From Candidatus Bathyarchaeota archaeon (GTDB taxonomy: Archaea > Thermoproteota > Bathyarchaeia > Bathyarchaeales > Bathycorpusculaceae), in assembly GCA_963715865.1 (NCBI GenBank), contig OY970280.1, forward strand, positions 704,001 through 768,000: a DNA stretch of 64,000 nucleotides, in the 5' to 3' direction. The translations under genes and the position numbers were made by a program. Under the pieces are notes generated by a model. That model searched no databases. It saw only the letters and a program-made list of their open reading frames with translations, and was not told where the DNA came from. Of this stretch, positions 18,835-28,188 are shown one piece after another. How positions within the stretch are numbered: position 1 is the first letter of the stretch; each line of letters begins with the position of its first letter.

Positions 18835-19910
18835 GCGTAGATTTCCCCTTTGCCGAATGGCCCGAAAAGCAGTTTGTGCATGTCTGGTCTGTTGATTAGT
18901 TGTATGCCGTGTTTGCGAGTGATGAAGTGTTTCATGGCTAATACTTCGTTAGCGGTGAAGGTGCAAAGAATATGCGATAATCGTAAGGTTTCTGGGTAGC
19001 TTTGCGTGTACAAGTCGTTGCCGATCAGTTTTTGTATGGCTTCCATTCTCTGCGGAATGGGTATTTCTTTGTCAATGTCTAAGCGGAATGCGAAGTTTGC
19101 CTTATTTAATCGTGCCACGTAAACGTCGCCTAGCAGTATTATTGGCGGTTTGAAGTGTATGCCTGTGGTTTCAAGCAGGTATGGCGGTTCATGGTTTGGA
19201 AGTTGCTCTGTTATTAGGATGCCGTTGGCTCTCAGCGTGGTGGCTTTTGAGAACGCTAAGACAGTGCTGTTGTTTCTTCTTGCGTAGCTGAGGATTTCCC
19301 TCATGCGTTGGGCTGGTGTATCGATGGTGCCTGAGATTAAAGAGCCATCAAAGAGGAGTACTCCGTGGTTTACTGTTTTTGCTAGCATGGTTTGCAGCCA
19401 TCGTTCGAGGAGACTTGCGAGTCTTGTGGGCATTTGCATGATGTTAGGTGCTGCTTGGTGACTGCCGCCATAACTGGTGCAAAAATAAGCCCGCTCAAGT
19501 GCATTGTAGACTTGGTTTTTGTTTTCTTCTGTAATGTGGAATATGAATGGCCCGAGGCGCGTGTACTTGTAGGTGCGGTTTTGGCGCCATGTGATTGCTC
19601 CTCGAATGGCAATTATCATGCCGGTGCTTGTTTCGCCGATTTTTATGGTTGAGGTGTCGATGGCGGCGATTAATGTTTCTTGGTGGTCTGGTTTTATGAG
19701 GATTGGTTGTGGTTTTAGTTGCAGGTTGGATGGGTATTGTTCGGTTGTGTTTAGTTGTTGAAAGTTTTGCGTGTTTAGCTGGAGGGGTTGGTGTTGCACT
19801 TGTTTGAGGGAGTATAGGCTTTGTTCTAGAAAGCGCTGTGGGAGTGTTGTGTCGATGGTTGGTTGTGGAAAGTTATATTTCTCAGTAATTGTATATTGTT
19901 CAATCACCAT
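18831..19910 (-). CDS. NurA-family nuclease
   Basis: AAIDTS, LLFDGSL, AFSKAT, YPETLRLSH motifs; ATGA-coupled to the herA-like gene. Confidence 0.75.
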   Translation of the reverse strand: MVIEQYTITEKYNFPQPTIDTTLPQRFLEQSLYSLKQVQHQPLQLNTQNFQQLNTTEQYPSNLQLKPQPILIKPDHQETLIAAIDTSTIKIGETSTGMIIAIRGAITWRQNRTYKYTRLGPFIFHITEENKNQVYNALERAYFCTSYGGSHQAAPNIMQMPTRLASLLERWLQTMLAKTVNHGVLLFDGSLISGTIDTPAQRMREILSYARRNNSTVLAFSKATTLRANGILITEQLPNHEPPYLLETTGIHFKPPIILLGDVYVARLNKANFAFRLDIDKEIPIPQRMEAIQKLIGNDLYTQSYPETLRLSHILCTFTANEVLAMKHFITRKHGIQLINRPDMHKLLFGPFGKGEIYA

Positions 19911-20000
19911 GATTCACCAATATGCAATAGTGTTATTGGTGAAATATTTAAATATTGTGCATGTACATCTTGCACAATACAATATACAATAGGTGAAGAC

Positions 20001-20408
20001 TTGACAGAAAAACAGCAAAAACCACCAATACGCGTAAAAATGAAAATCGGCGACATAGAATTCGAAATAGAAGCCCAAGAAGACCAAATCCAAACCGCCG
20101 TAGACAGAATACTTGCAACAGTAACCGAACGCCTAAAAACCACAAACCTCGCCCAAGTAGCCGAACGCCCAGCTCCACCGCCCAGAGCAGAAACATGCAA
20201 AGGCGTAATCCAAAAACTCTGGGAAGAAAACTGGTTCAGCGAGCCAAGAGGCTTAGACGACGTCCACACTGAACTCGCACGCAAAGGATTCCACTACGAC
20301 CGCACAGCAGTCGCCCATGCACTAGTGGATTTAGTTAAAGATAACATACTTACACGAATAGGAAAACCACGCAGATACCAATACGCACAAAAAAGACCGC
20401 CGACATAA
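20001..20408 (+). CDS. small protein with C-terminal winged-helix-like domain
   Basis: SD GGTGA then TTG 20001; WFSEPRGLDDVHTEL...AVAHALVDLVKDNILTRIGKPRRYQY. Confidence 0.65.
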   Translation: MTEKQQKPPIRVKMKIGDIEFEIEAQEDQIQTAVDRILATVTERLKTTNLAQVAERPAPPPRAETCKGVIQKLWEENWFSEPRGLDDVHTELARKGFHYDRTAVAHALVDLVKDNILTRIGKPRRYQYAQKRPPT

Positions 20409-20421
20409 CAAGTAAAAAAAT

Positions 20422-20655
20422 CTCCAAGCAGTTGCCGCATACAAATATACTAAGCCACCCTTCAAAGTTATTTCAGTGATTTTGGGAGCGGCAACACTCA
20501 CTGCAACGGTACTCTTTGTCACAACACGGGATTATGGTTACTTGGGGCTTGGCGTCGGCGGCATGGAAAGAATGATGGCTTACCCCACGCTTCTATGGAT
20601 AATCGGCTTAGGCGGATACCTACTAGGCGCTTCCAGCGAGAAAATGAGCCATTAG
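20422..20655 (+). pseudogene. 3' fragment of a DUF998-like membrane protein
   Basis: Manual translation ...PPFKVISVILGAATL...LGLGVGGMERMMAYPTLLWIIGLGGYLLG; no start or 5' half. Confidence 0.55.
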
Positions 20656-20703
20656 TAGCTGCTTTTTAGCAAAAATTTTGGAAAAGAGCGGGTTTGTTTG
20701 AAT

Positions 20704-20964
20704 TTATAGCAGCCCGACTTCGCCGAAGCCATCGCATTCTTGACATACCTTACCCATAAAAGCAAACCGGTAATCCTTGCCTCTGCCTGAGCAAGAAGGG
20801 CATTTTTCCGTTGGACCATCTGGAAATGAGCGCCAACCTGTTCCATCACATTTTTCGCATCTTACTCCCATCGGAGAATCAGTTTTATCTATGCCTGCCC
20901 CGTTACAAATTTTGCATCTGACTTGCCTGTACCTAAACTGAATATTTTCAAGAGAGGTATCCAT
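20704..20964 (-). CDS. stand-alone DnaJ-like zinc-finger protein (4x CxxCxGxG)
   Basis: CKICNGAG, CEKCDGTG, CPSCSGRG, CQECDGFG. Confidence 0.7.
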   Translation of the reverse strand: MDTSLENIQFRYRQVRCKICNGAGIDKTDSPMGVRCEKCDGTGWRSFPDGPTEKCPSCSGRGKDYRFAFMGKVCQECDGFGEVGLL

Positions 20965-21069
20965 TGTTGCTCTCAATTGGATTCACCAGAAATAGTAAAT
21001 CACAAGATTCACTATTAAACTTTTATTAACCCTTAATTTTAATCCCCACTCAAAAGTAACAATAGCATT

Positions 21070-21489
21070 TCACAGCTCTTGCTTTATTTTCTTTGCCATC
21101 ACTTCAAGTTTCCCTCTCTCAACCTCTCTAAGCGCACTAAAACTTGGCAGTTTCTGCCCTTCGAATCTTGGAACCACATGCACATGCAAGTGAAATATGT
21201 CTTGAGCAGCAGCTTTGCCGTTTTGCTGAATAATACTGATGCCATCAGCTTTAGTGGCTTTTTTAACTGCCACGGAAACTTGTTTGGCAACCTTGTGAAC
21301 TTGGCTGAGCTGGTTTTCTGGAATGTCGAAGATGTCAACGTAATGCTTTTTTGGTATAACAAGCGTGTGTCCAATGTTTAATGGTCGTATATCAAGGAAA
21401 ACTATTACTGTTTCATCTTCGTAAATGATGCTGGCAGGTGCTTGTTTTTTCACTATTTTGCAGAATATGCACGACTCATCAAAGCTCAA
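21070..21489 (-). CDS. HIT family hydrolase
   Basis: CIFCKI, GHTLVIPKKH, HLHVHVVPR. Confidence 0.92.
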   Translation of the reverse strand: MSFDESCIFCKIVKKQAPASIIYEDETVIVFLDIRPLNIGHTLVIPKKHYVDIFDIPENQLSQVHKVAKQVSVAVKKATKADGISIIQQNGKAAAQDIFHLHVHVVPRFEGQKLPSFSALREVERGKLEVMAKKIKQEL

Positions 21490-21584
21490 ACCAAGTCACC
21501 ACTAAATTACTACGTACATTAGGCTTTAATCAATCAGTTTATATGAAAGGGTAAACTTTTTAATAAAATGATATACTGCCGTCA

Positions 21585-21720
21585 TTATTTCCGTTTCCTA
21601 AAGAGTTTTTTGCCATCCATGTCAGTGACGCACTCAAAGCCAACTTCAAGCAGTTTACATGCTTCATCTATTTCTGAAGTAAGTTTGACAGTATATTGGT
21701 CGTTCAATGTCAGTTTACGC
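21585..21720 (-). mobile_element. remnant resembling the C-terminal tail of an archaeal tyrosine integrase
   Basis: ...YTVKLTSEIDEACKLLEVGFECVTDMDGKKLFRKRK*; no catalytic domain upstream. Similarity is recalled, not searched. Confidence 0.5.
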
Positions 21721-21768
21721 AAGTTATTTAAGCGCACCACAGAATAAACGTTATGACAGGAATGTGAC

Positions 21769-21876
21769 ATGGTTCAGAGCAAGCCTACTGCAGCAAGCAG
21801 AATATGTCCTCAATGTGGCAGATTTTTGAGCGAGGGAATCAAATTCTGCCCATACTGTGGCAAGAAGTTAGGTTGA
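21769..21876 (+). CDS. 35-aa double zinc-ribbon microprotein or fragment
   Basis: MVQSKPTAASRICPQCGRFLSEGIKFCPYCGKKLG (manual translation). Confidence 0.5.
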   Translation: MVQSKPTAASRICPQCGRFLSEGIKFCPYCGKKLG

Positions 21877-21895
21877 GAATGATGCGGCACGCAAT

Positions 21896-22261
21896 ATGAG
21901 TTCAGCAAAGAGTAGCGCACTAACATTGCTAATGGTAGGAAGCATTCTTCTGTTCATTTGGTCAGTCTGGCAGATATTTGAAACGGTTTTCATCTATAAC
22001 AGTTACTACTACGACAATTACTCAATCATCTCCGTGGGCTTGGAATTTGTCGCGTCACTTTTGCTTATGATAGGCTTCATTCAATATAGAGGAGAACAAT
22101 CGAAACCTGCTCAGGTAGGCTATGGTGCAGCTTCGATGCCAAGTCCACAAATTCAAGGCGTTCCAGAAAGATTCTGTCCAAAATGCGGAAGGCAGATTCC
22201 AGCAAACGCCCAATTCTGTCCGTTTTGCGGATGGCAAGCAGAAGGGCAAAAGAGAAAATAG
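21896..22261 (+). CDS. membrane protein with C-terminal zinc ribbon
   Basis: Two hydrophobic segments then FCPKCG...FCPFCG. Confidence 0.7.
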   Translation: MSSAKSSALTLLMVGSILLFIWSVWQIFETVFIYNSYYYDNYSIISVGLEFVASLLLMIGFIQYRGEQSKPAQVGYGAASMPSPQIQGVPERFCPKCGRQIPANAQFCPFCGWQAEGQKRK

Positions 22262-22504
22262 ACCACAAAGCGTGAACTCTTTTCTGTCTTCTGTGTAACA
22301 ATGTGAGCATGTAATAGCCTTGTTCATTAAGCTATTAAATTTCTTAGGGTTTCGCTTCTTGAAGTTTTCAAAACGATAACGCATAAACGCTTTCCAACCT
22401 TTCTTACTGTTAGTGCTAGCGTCAACCAATAGCCTTGGCAGTTTACGCTTAATCATGTCAGCATCCACCAAAACAGAAAACCCCTTGATGTACGTAGTAG
22501 ACAA
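22055..22504 (-). CDS. small basic protein, paralog of 5439..5672; 3' part probably degenerate read-through
   Basis: IKRKLPRLLVD...KKGWKAFMRYRF...NPKKFNSL. Similarity ends near 22300 and the rest overlaps the opposite-strand gene. Confidence 0.5.
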   Translation of the reverse strand: MSTTYIKGFSVLVDADMIKRKLPRLLVDASTNSKKGWKAFMRYRFENFKKRNPKKFNSLMNKAITCSHCYTEDRKEFTLCGLFSLLPFCLPSAKRTELGVCWNLPSAFWTESFWNALNLWTWHRSCTIAYLSRFRLFSSILNEAYHKQK

Positions 22505-22607
22505 AAAGGAAAAGAAGGAAAATTAATGCGGGAGAAATCGCCATTTGCAGATAGTTTATATGTTATGCCACTTCATATTTCTTTCACCAAAACCAGAGGT
22601 TAAAAAA

Positions 22608-22895
22608 ATGACCGAGTTAGAAGATAAAGTACGCCAAGAAGTAGGCAAAGTGCAAGACCCAGAAACAGGCCAAACATTCGAAGAAATGCAAATGATCCAA
22701 AGCGTAAAAGAAACAGAGCCAGGCGCAGTCACCGTGGAATTTATACCGACAAGCCCATTTTGCCCTATAGCGTTCAAACTTGCAGCAGACATTAAAGCCG
22801 CAGCAAAATCTGTTCCAGGCGTCAAAAAAGCAGTGGTTTTCTGCCGCGGACACGCGATGGAGCAGCAAATCAACGAGATGACAAATAAGCAATAA
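22608..22895 (+). CDS. Fe-S cluster assembly protein, DUF59/SufT/PaaD-like
   Basis: VQDPETG...PTSPFCP; SD GAGGT before ATG 22608. Confidence 0.8.
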   Translation: MTELEDKVRQEVGKVQDPETGQTFEEMQMIQSVKETEPGAVTVEFIPTSPFCPIAFKLAADIKAAAKSVPGVKKAVVFCRGHAMEQQINEMTNKQ

Positions 22896-22959
22896 GGCTA
22901 ATTTTTCTTTGTTTCTTTTTCCAATTTTTGGGTTTAAATAAAAAAGAAAAAGGATTATA

Positions 22960-23274
22960 TTATCTTATGTAAGCGCAGTTTCTATGGCGTGATTCTTCGC
23001 TGTCCATAGAACCATTGTAATCTCTAAAGCCTGTGTGAACCTTAGCCCTAATTTCAAAGCGTAGCCTAGAAACACTTTTCGCATAACGTTTTATCATTAT
23101 AACAATCTTGTAGAAGTTCATTTGCCTAGCAATCGCCACAAACGCAAGCATGCTAACAGAAGCCAGCAACACGACGAGTGGATTAATTAAGAGTGCCAGT
23201 AAGCCTACAATTGCAAGCAGAGCAAGGTAAATGATGCTTCGTATTTTTCGCATATTTGTCACCAAAAACTCCAT
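22960..23274 (-). CDS. small hypothetical membrane protein
   Basis: Two adjacent hydrophobic segments. Confidence 0.45.
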   Translation of the reverse strand: MEFLVTNMRKIRSIIYLALLAIVGLLALLINPLVVLLASVSMLAFVAIARQMNFYKIVIMIKRYAKSVSRLRFEIRAKVHTGFRDYNGSMDSEESRHRNCAYIR

Positions 23275-23414
23275 TATCGGAAGTTGCTTAAAGATTTTTT
23301 TATGACTTAAAAATTTGGTCTAAAAGTAATCCGACTAATTGTTAATACAGGAATTGAAAAATGGGGTTTATTCTAAGCTTTTGTAAAAGAATTAAGCGTT
23401 TTAGCAGCCAATTT

Positions 23415-24182
23415 CTACTTCATTCGAGTGAACGCCCAAGTGCCAATTATAATCATAATCAAATCAAACAAGCCAACAATTCCAAGGTCCATCCATAAAG
23501 GTTGAATCTGAAAAGATGCCCATGCTCCACCCAAAATAACGTTCCTTAACGCGTCAACAGCGTAAGTTAATGGGTTTAATCTTGAGGCGATTTGCAGCCA
23601 GTTTGGAATACTTGCTCCTCTAAGGGGGAAAAGAGCACCGCTGAGGAAGAACAAAGGAAGGTTAATGAAGCTCTGTATTGTGCCGAAGCCTTCTAAACTT
23701 CCCATGAAACTGGCTAGCGTTAAGCCTATGCTGACCAAGCCAAAGGTGACGAGCAGCATGATGGGCAAGAGTTCGAGGAACGTAAATATGTTAAGCTTTA
23801 TTCCTAACAGTAGACCAAGAACGAAAACGATTATCCCTTGAATTACGGCATCGGTGCTGTCACCTATCATCTTACCTAAGAAGACCGATGTGCGCGAAAT
23901 GGGTGCAACCAGTATTTCTTTCATAAAGCCAAATTCTCTGTCCCAGAGTACGGAGATTCCCATGAACATGGAAGTGAAAAGCAGGGTTTGCCCTATTATG
24001 CCTGGAAAAATGTACTGTTGATAATTCAGTCCTGGATATGGAAGAGACAAACGGACGCCCGTCCCGAATATAACTAGCCAAAGTAAGGGCGTGACGAAAC
24101 TGCTGACTATTCTGACTCGGTCTCTCAGGTAACGTTTGACTTCTCGAAGCCAAAGAGTGTAGAAGCCCCTAAGTTCAGTCAT
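23415..24182 (-). CDS. ABC-2 permease (DrrB-like)
   Basis: GISVLWDREFGFMKEILVAP; PLFFLSGALFP. Confidence 0.9.
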   Translation of the reverse strand: MTELRGFYTLWLREVKRYLRDRVRIVSSFVTPLLWLVIFGTGVRLSLPYPGLNYQQYIFPGIIGQTLLFTSMFMGISVLWDREFGFMKEILVAPISRTSVFLGKMIGDSTDAVIQGIIVFVLGLLLGIKLNIFTFLELLPIMLLVTFGLVSIGLTLASFMGSLEGFGTIQSFINLPLFFLSGALFPLRGASIPNWLQIASRLNPLTYAVDALRNVILGGAWASFQIQPLWMDLGIVGLFDLIMIIIGTWAFTRMK

Positions 24183-25171
24183 CTCGCAGCCGCTCTCCTC
24201 CGTGCCTCGGCTAAGCCATGAAGTTCCTTGGTTGTGTCTGGGCGTATGGTTCTGCCTGTGTAGTGCAAGAATACGTCCTCAAGGTTTGGCTCGCGTAAAC
24301 GGATGGATTCAACGTATATTTTGTTTTGAGTCGCCATGTCCACTATCCTCGGTAGCAGGCTTTTTCCGTTTTGCACCGTGATTTCTAACGCATCATCGAC
24401 CATGTGAGCTTTCTGAAGTCCCATTTTCTCAGTTATGACCGAGAGAAGAGCTTCAAGATTGTCTGCTTTAACTGTTATCACGTCGCCTTCGAGGGTTTCT
24501 TTCAATTTAGAAGAAGTGTCAAGAGCAATGATTTTTCCGTAATCCATTATGGCGATGCGGTCAGAAAGCCTATCTGCTTCATCCATATAATGCGTAGTTA
24601 AGACCACAGTTATGTCGTGGGCTTCTTTCAATTCTCGGATGTATTTCCAAACGTGATCTCTAGTTTGTGGGTCAAGCCCTATCGTAGGTTCGTCCAAAAA
24701 AAGAACCTTGGGATAATGAATAAGCCCTCGGGCAAGTTCCAATCTGCGCCTCATCCCGCCGGAATAAGTTCGCGTAAGATCGTCAGCCCTTTCTTCTAGC
24801 TCAACCAATTTCAGAACGTTATTGATTCGGTTGTTCTGTTCGCTTGTTGGAACTCCGTAGAGGTTGGCGTGCATGAGGAGATTTTCTCGCCCAGTCATTC
24901 TGTCGTCAACGCTTGGGTCTTGAAAAACAATGCCGATTGATTTTCGCACCTGCATAGCTTCCTTAACAATGTCAAAGCCGTTTACTGTTGCGGTTCCAGA
25001 TGTTGGCTTAAGTATTGTGCAAAGCATCGATATAGTGGTAGTTTTGCCTGCACCGTTAGGTCCGAGCAAACCGAAGATTTCGCCAGACTCCACTGTTATG
25101 TCTAGTTTATCGACTGCCTTAAGTGAATTGAAGGCTTTTGTTAACTGGTGAGTCTCGATGATATGGGTCAT
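24179..25171 (-). CDS. DrrA-like ABC ATPase
   Basis: GPNGAGKTT, YSGGMRRRLE, LFLDEPT. Confidence 0.92.
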   Translation of the reverse strand: MTHIIETHQLTKAFNSLKAVDKLDITVESGEIFGLLGPNGAGKTTTISMLCTILKPTSGTATVNGFDIVKEAMQVRKSIGIVFQDPSVDDRMTGRENLLMHANLYGVPTSEQNNRINNVLKLVELEERADDLTRTYSGGMRRRLELARGLIHYPKVLFLDEPTIGLDPQTRDHVWKYIRELKEAHDITVVLTTHYMDEADRLSDRIAIMDYGKIIALDTSSKLKETLEGDVITVKADNLEALLSVITEKMGLQKAHMVDDALEITVQNGKSLLPRIVDMATQNKIYVESIRLREPNLEDVFLHYTGRTIRPDTTKELHGLAEARRRAAAR

Positions 25172-25284
25172 TATTTCGATTTCTCTTCCAGCAATTGAAA
25201 CGTAAGGTAGATTTAAGGCTATTTACGCTATTTAACCATAAAACGAACAATTAATTAGTTAATGCTTCACTGAAGACTTAGCGT

Positions 25285-26748
25285 ATGACTGAAATTAAAC
25301 CACAAAGAAAACTCTCACTCTTCGACGTAACAAATCTGGTCATAGGAGCAATAATAGGCGCTGACATTTACGTGGCTTCCTCGTTTGGCGCAGGATATTT
25401 AGGTCCGTTTTCGCTGGTTGTTTGGGTAATAGCGGGATTAATCGCAATCGTAATTGCTCTATGTTTTGCTCAATGTGTAATGTTACTGCCGAAAGTTGGT
25501 GGACCATATGCTTATGCAAAAGGTGCTTGGGGACCATTTGCAGGTTTTATCGTCGGCTGGTCATTGTGGCTGGCGGAATGGATTTCGTTGGCGGTTTTTC
25601 CGCTTGCGTTTACTAGGTATCTTATGTTTTTCTTTCCTAATCTTGACTTCTTAACTCAAAGTTTAATCAAAGTTTTGTTTGTAGCTTTTCTTGCAGTAAC
25701 AAACATAGTTGGCGTTAGAGCAGCAGGTAAAGTTAATGATGTATTAACCTTGTTGAAGCTTGCACCATTGGTTTTCTTTGTTATAGCAGGCTTAGGATGG
25801 ATTATTTTTAATCCAAGTCAAGCCTCAGCCAATTTTTCACCGTTTGCTCCGTTCGGATTCGCCAGTTTCGGGTCAGCGGTTGTCTTGATTTTTTGGGCTT
25901 ACGCTGGCTTTGAAATCTCAACCATTCCGGCAGATGAAATTGATGAGCCAAGCAAAACGATTCCTAAGGCAGTTATCTTTGGCATTTTAATTGTAACAGT
26001 TTTCTATTTAACAACTAATGTTGTGCTTTTTGGTGTTCGTAACTGGAGTCAATTGGCCACTGACACAGCGCCTCTAGCAACAGCCTCAAACGGTATTTTA
26101 ACTTCAAATGCGGTTTTGGCGTTGTTGGGTGGGGCTTTGGTTGGTGTTGGAGCTTTGATTTCTGTTGCTGGTTCAGATGAATCAGGAATGATTGGCACGT
26201 CAAGGCTTGGCTACGCACTGGCTGCTGATGGCTTGTTTCCAAGGGTTTTCGCCCGAATCCACAAGAAATTCAAAACTCCATACGCATCTATCATCATTCA
26301 AAGTGTAACGGCGCTTGCAGCCTCTATTGTTGGAGGGTTAAGTTTGCTTATTTCGGTTTCAGTGTTTTTTATGGCAATTGCATATTTAGCGACAAGCGCT
26401 TCAGTGTTTCCTTTGCGCAAAAAGAATCCGGTTCCAGACGTCGTTTATGGTAAAAGGAATATGGTAATTCCGGTTCTGGGCATAGCTTTCTCAGCGTATT
26501 TGATTACTCAGTGCACTTTAACTCAGATTATCATTGGCGTACTGCTGCTTTTGGTTGGGATTCCAATTTACATAAAGTATTCGCCAAAGAAGGAATTAAC
26601 CGAAGCGAAAGAGGCTTTAATATCCAGCGAGAACATTTTCCGCAGGGTGTATAGGCAAGAACACGTTTTCTTAGCGCATGTTTTACATCATTTGAGGAAA
26701 TTGTATAGACGATTGACAGGGAAATCTACGGAAACAGAGGTTCCATAA
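25285..26748 (+). CDS. APC family amino acid permease
   Basis: About 12 TM segments; GAIIGADI, GGPYAY, FWAYAGFE, RLGYALAADGLFP. Confidence 0.9.
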   Translation: MTEIKPQRKLSLFDVTNLVIGAIIGADIYVASSFGAGYLGPFSLVVWVIAGLIAIVIALCFAQCVMLLPKVGGPYAYAKGAWGPFAGFIVGWSLWLAEWISLAVFPLAFTRYLMFFFPNLDFLTQSLIKVLFVAFLAVTNIVGVRAAGKVNDVLTLLKLAPLVFFVIAGLGWIIFNPSQASANFSPFAPFGFASFGSAVVLIFWAYAGFEISTIPADEIDEPSKTIPKAVIFGILIVTVFYLTTNVVLFGVRNWSQLATDTAPLATASNGILTSNAVLALLGGALVGVGALISVAGSDESGMIGTSRLGYALAADGLFPRVFARIHKKFKTPYASIIIQSVTALAASIVGGLSLLISVSVFFMAIAYLATSASVFPLRKKNPVPDVVYGKRNMVIPVLGIAFSAYLITQCTLTQIIIGVLLLLVGIPIYIKYSPKKELTEAKEALISSENIFRRVYRQEHVFLAHVLHHLRKLYRRLTGKSTETEVP

Positions 26749-26790
26749 CATTAAATTTCTTCTTTAACACTAGCATTACATGGTGATTTT

Positions 26791-27228
26791 ATGCCGGAAA
26801 TGAATTTTGAAGGAACTGCAATTTGGAAAGGCGGAACAGAATGCGAACTCTCAGTTAAAGGTAAGCAAATCGTTACTGTTAGTCCACCGCCAATGTTTGG
26901 AGGAAAAGAAGGCTACTGCGTACCTGAAGACATTTTCGCCGCTGCGTTAGCCTCATGCATCAACACGCTATATCTTTTAATCGCTAAAAACAGCCAGTTA
27001 GGACTTAAAAATTTGGAGACAAAAGCAATTGTCAAAATGAATATCGAAGGCATGGAGAAACTAATTTTCACAAACGTACATTTCAACATGAACGTTGGCT
27101 TACAATCCGATAATGAGCGTGAACGTAAAAAAGCTAATACTGTTTATCAGATGGCGCAGAAGATTTGTCCAATACGGCAATCTTGGGGCGAAGATGTTCC
27201 TATAAGCTTTGAACTTAACTTTAAGTAA
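26791..27228 (+). CDS. OsmC/Ohr family protein
   Basis: PEDIFAAALASC and KICPI redox cysteines. Confidence 0.8.
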   Translation: MPEMNFEGTAIWKGGTECELSVKGKQIVTVSPPPMFGGKEGYCVPEDIFAAALASCINTLYLLIAKNSQLGLKNLETKAIVKMNIEGMEKLIFTNVHFNMNVGLQSDNERERKKANTVYQMAQKICPIRQSWGEDVPISFELNFK

Positions 27229-27414
27229 AAGTCTTTGGAATCTAATTCATAAAAAACATATTTTTTCAGGTTCCGTTTTTTTTCTTTTTATTTTATGAAG
27301 ATGTTTGGATTATTATTTGTATAAGTAAACTACAGCTAAAAGATAGTGGGAAATACTCATTAGCCTTAAATACCGATGCCTTTCTCTATTTGCAACTCGG
27401 TGGTCTCGTTTAGC

Positions 27415-28188
27415 ATGTACACTCAATTCGCGGTTGAACTTAAAGACGTAACAAAACGCTACAATGAAATAGTAGCAGTAAACAACCTTAATTTAACAAT
27501 AAGTACAGGTGAAATCTTCGGTCTTCTAGGACCCAACGGTTCAGGAAAATCAACCACCCTCAAAATGCTACTGGGTTTAGTCCAACCTACCGCTGGATCA
27601 GTCAACGTTTTAGGATTAGACGTTCAAAAGCAGCCTGTGGAAGTTAAGCGGCTAGTTGGTTACGTTCCAGAATCCCCGAACATTTACGAGTTTTTAACTG
27701 GAATCGAATACCTAGACTTCATAGCCGACATTTATGGTGTGCCAACGGCTGAGAAAAAGCAGCGGATAACCGAGTACCTCAAAGCCCTCCAGCTTGAAGG
27801 ACGCGAAGGCGACATGATAAACAGTTACTCGGATGGCATGAAAAAGAAAATAACTTTAATTTCAGCCTTTCTGCACAAACCAAAGCTCTTGATTCTCGAC
27901 GAGCCACTCAACGCTTTAGACCCGCGTTCGGCAAGGATAGTTAAAGAGTTTCTTTACGAGCTTAAAACGCAAGGCGTAACCACCATAATGTCAACGCATG
28001 TTCTTGAAATTGCGCAGGCATTATGCGACCGAATAGGCATCATGTACCAAGGACAATTATTAGCACTTGGCAACATGGATGAGTTAAGACAAAAAGCCAG
28101 CTTACCAAAGTCAGGATTAGAGGATATCTTCTTGAGGTTAACTGGAACTGAAGATTTGAGAGCTGTTGTTGAGGAACTCATGAAATGA
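27415..28188 (+). CDS. ABC transporter ATP-binding protein
   Basis: GPNGSGKST, YSDGMKKK, LILDEP. Confidence 0.9.
   Translation: MYTQFAVELKDVTKRYNEIVAVNNLNLTISTGEIFGLLGPNGSGKSTTLKMLLGLVQPTAGSVNVLGLDVQKQPVEVKRLVGYVPESPNIYEFLTGIEYLDFIADIYGVPTAEKKQRITEYLKALQLEGREGDMINSYSDGMKKKITLISAFLHKPKLLILDEPLNALDPRSARIVKEFLYELKTQGVTTIMSTHVLEIAQALCDRIGIMYQGQLLALGNMDELRQKASLPKSGLEDIFLRLTGTEDLRAVVEELMK

Noticed and set aside
17374-20408. Abrupt G+T / A+C skew switch at ~19950
   Set aside because: It coincides with the switch in gene orientation; similar local skews occur elsewhere in the window, so it is not evidence of an origin or island boundary.
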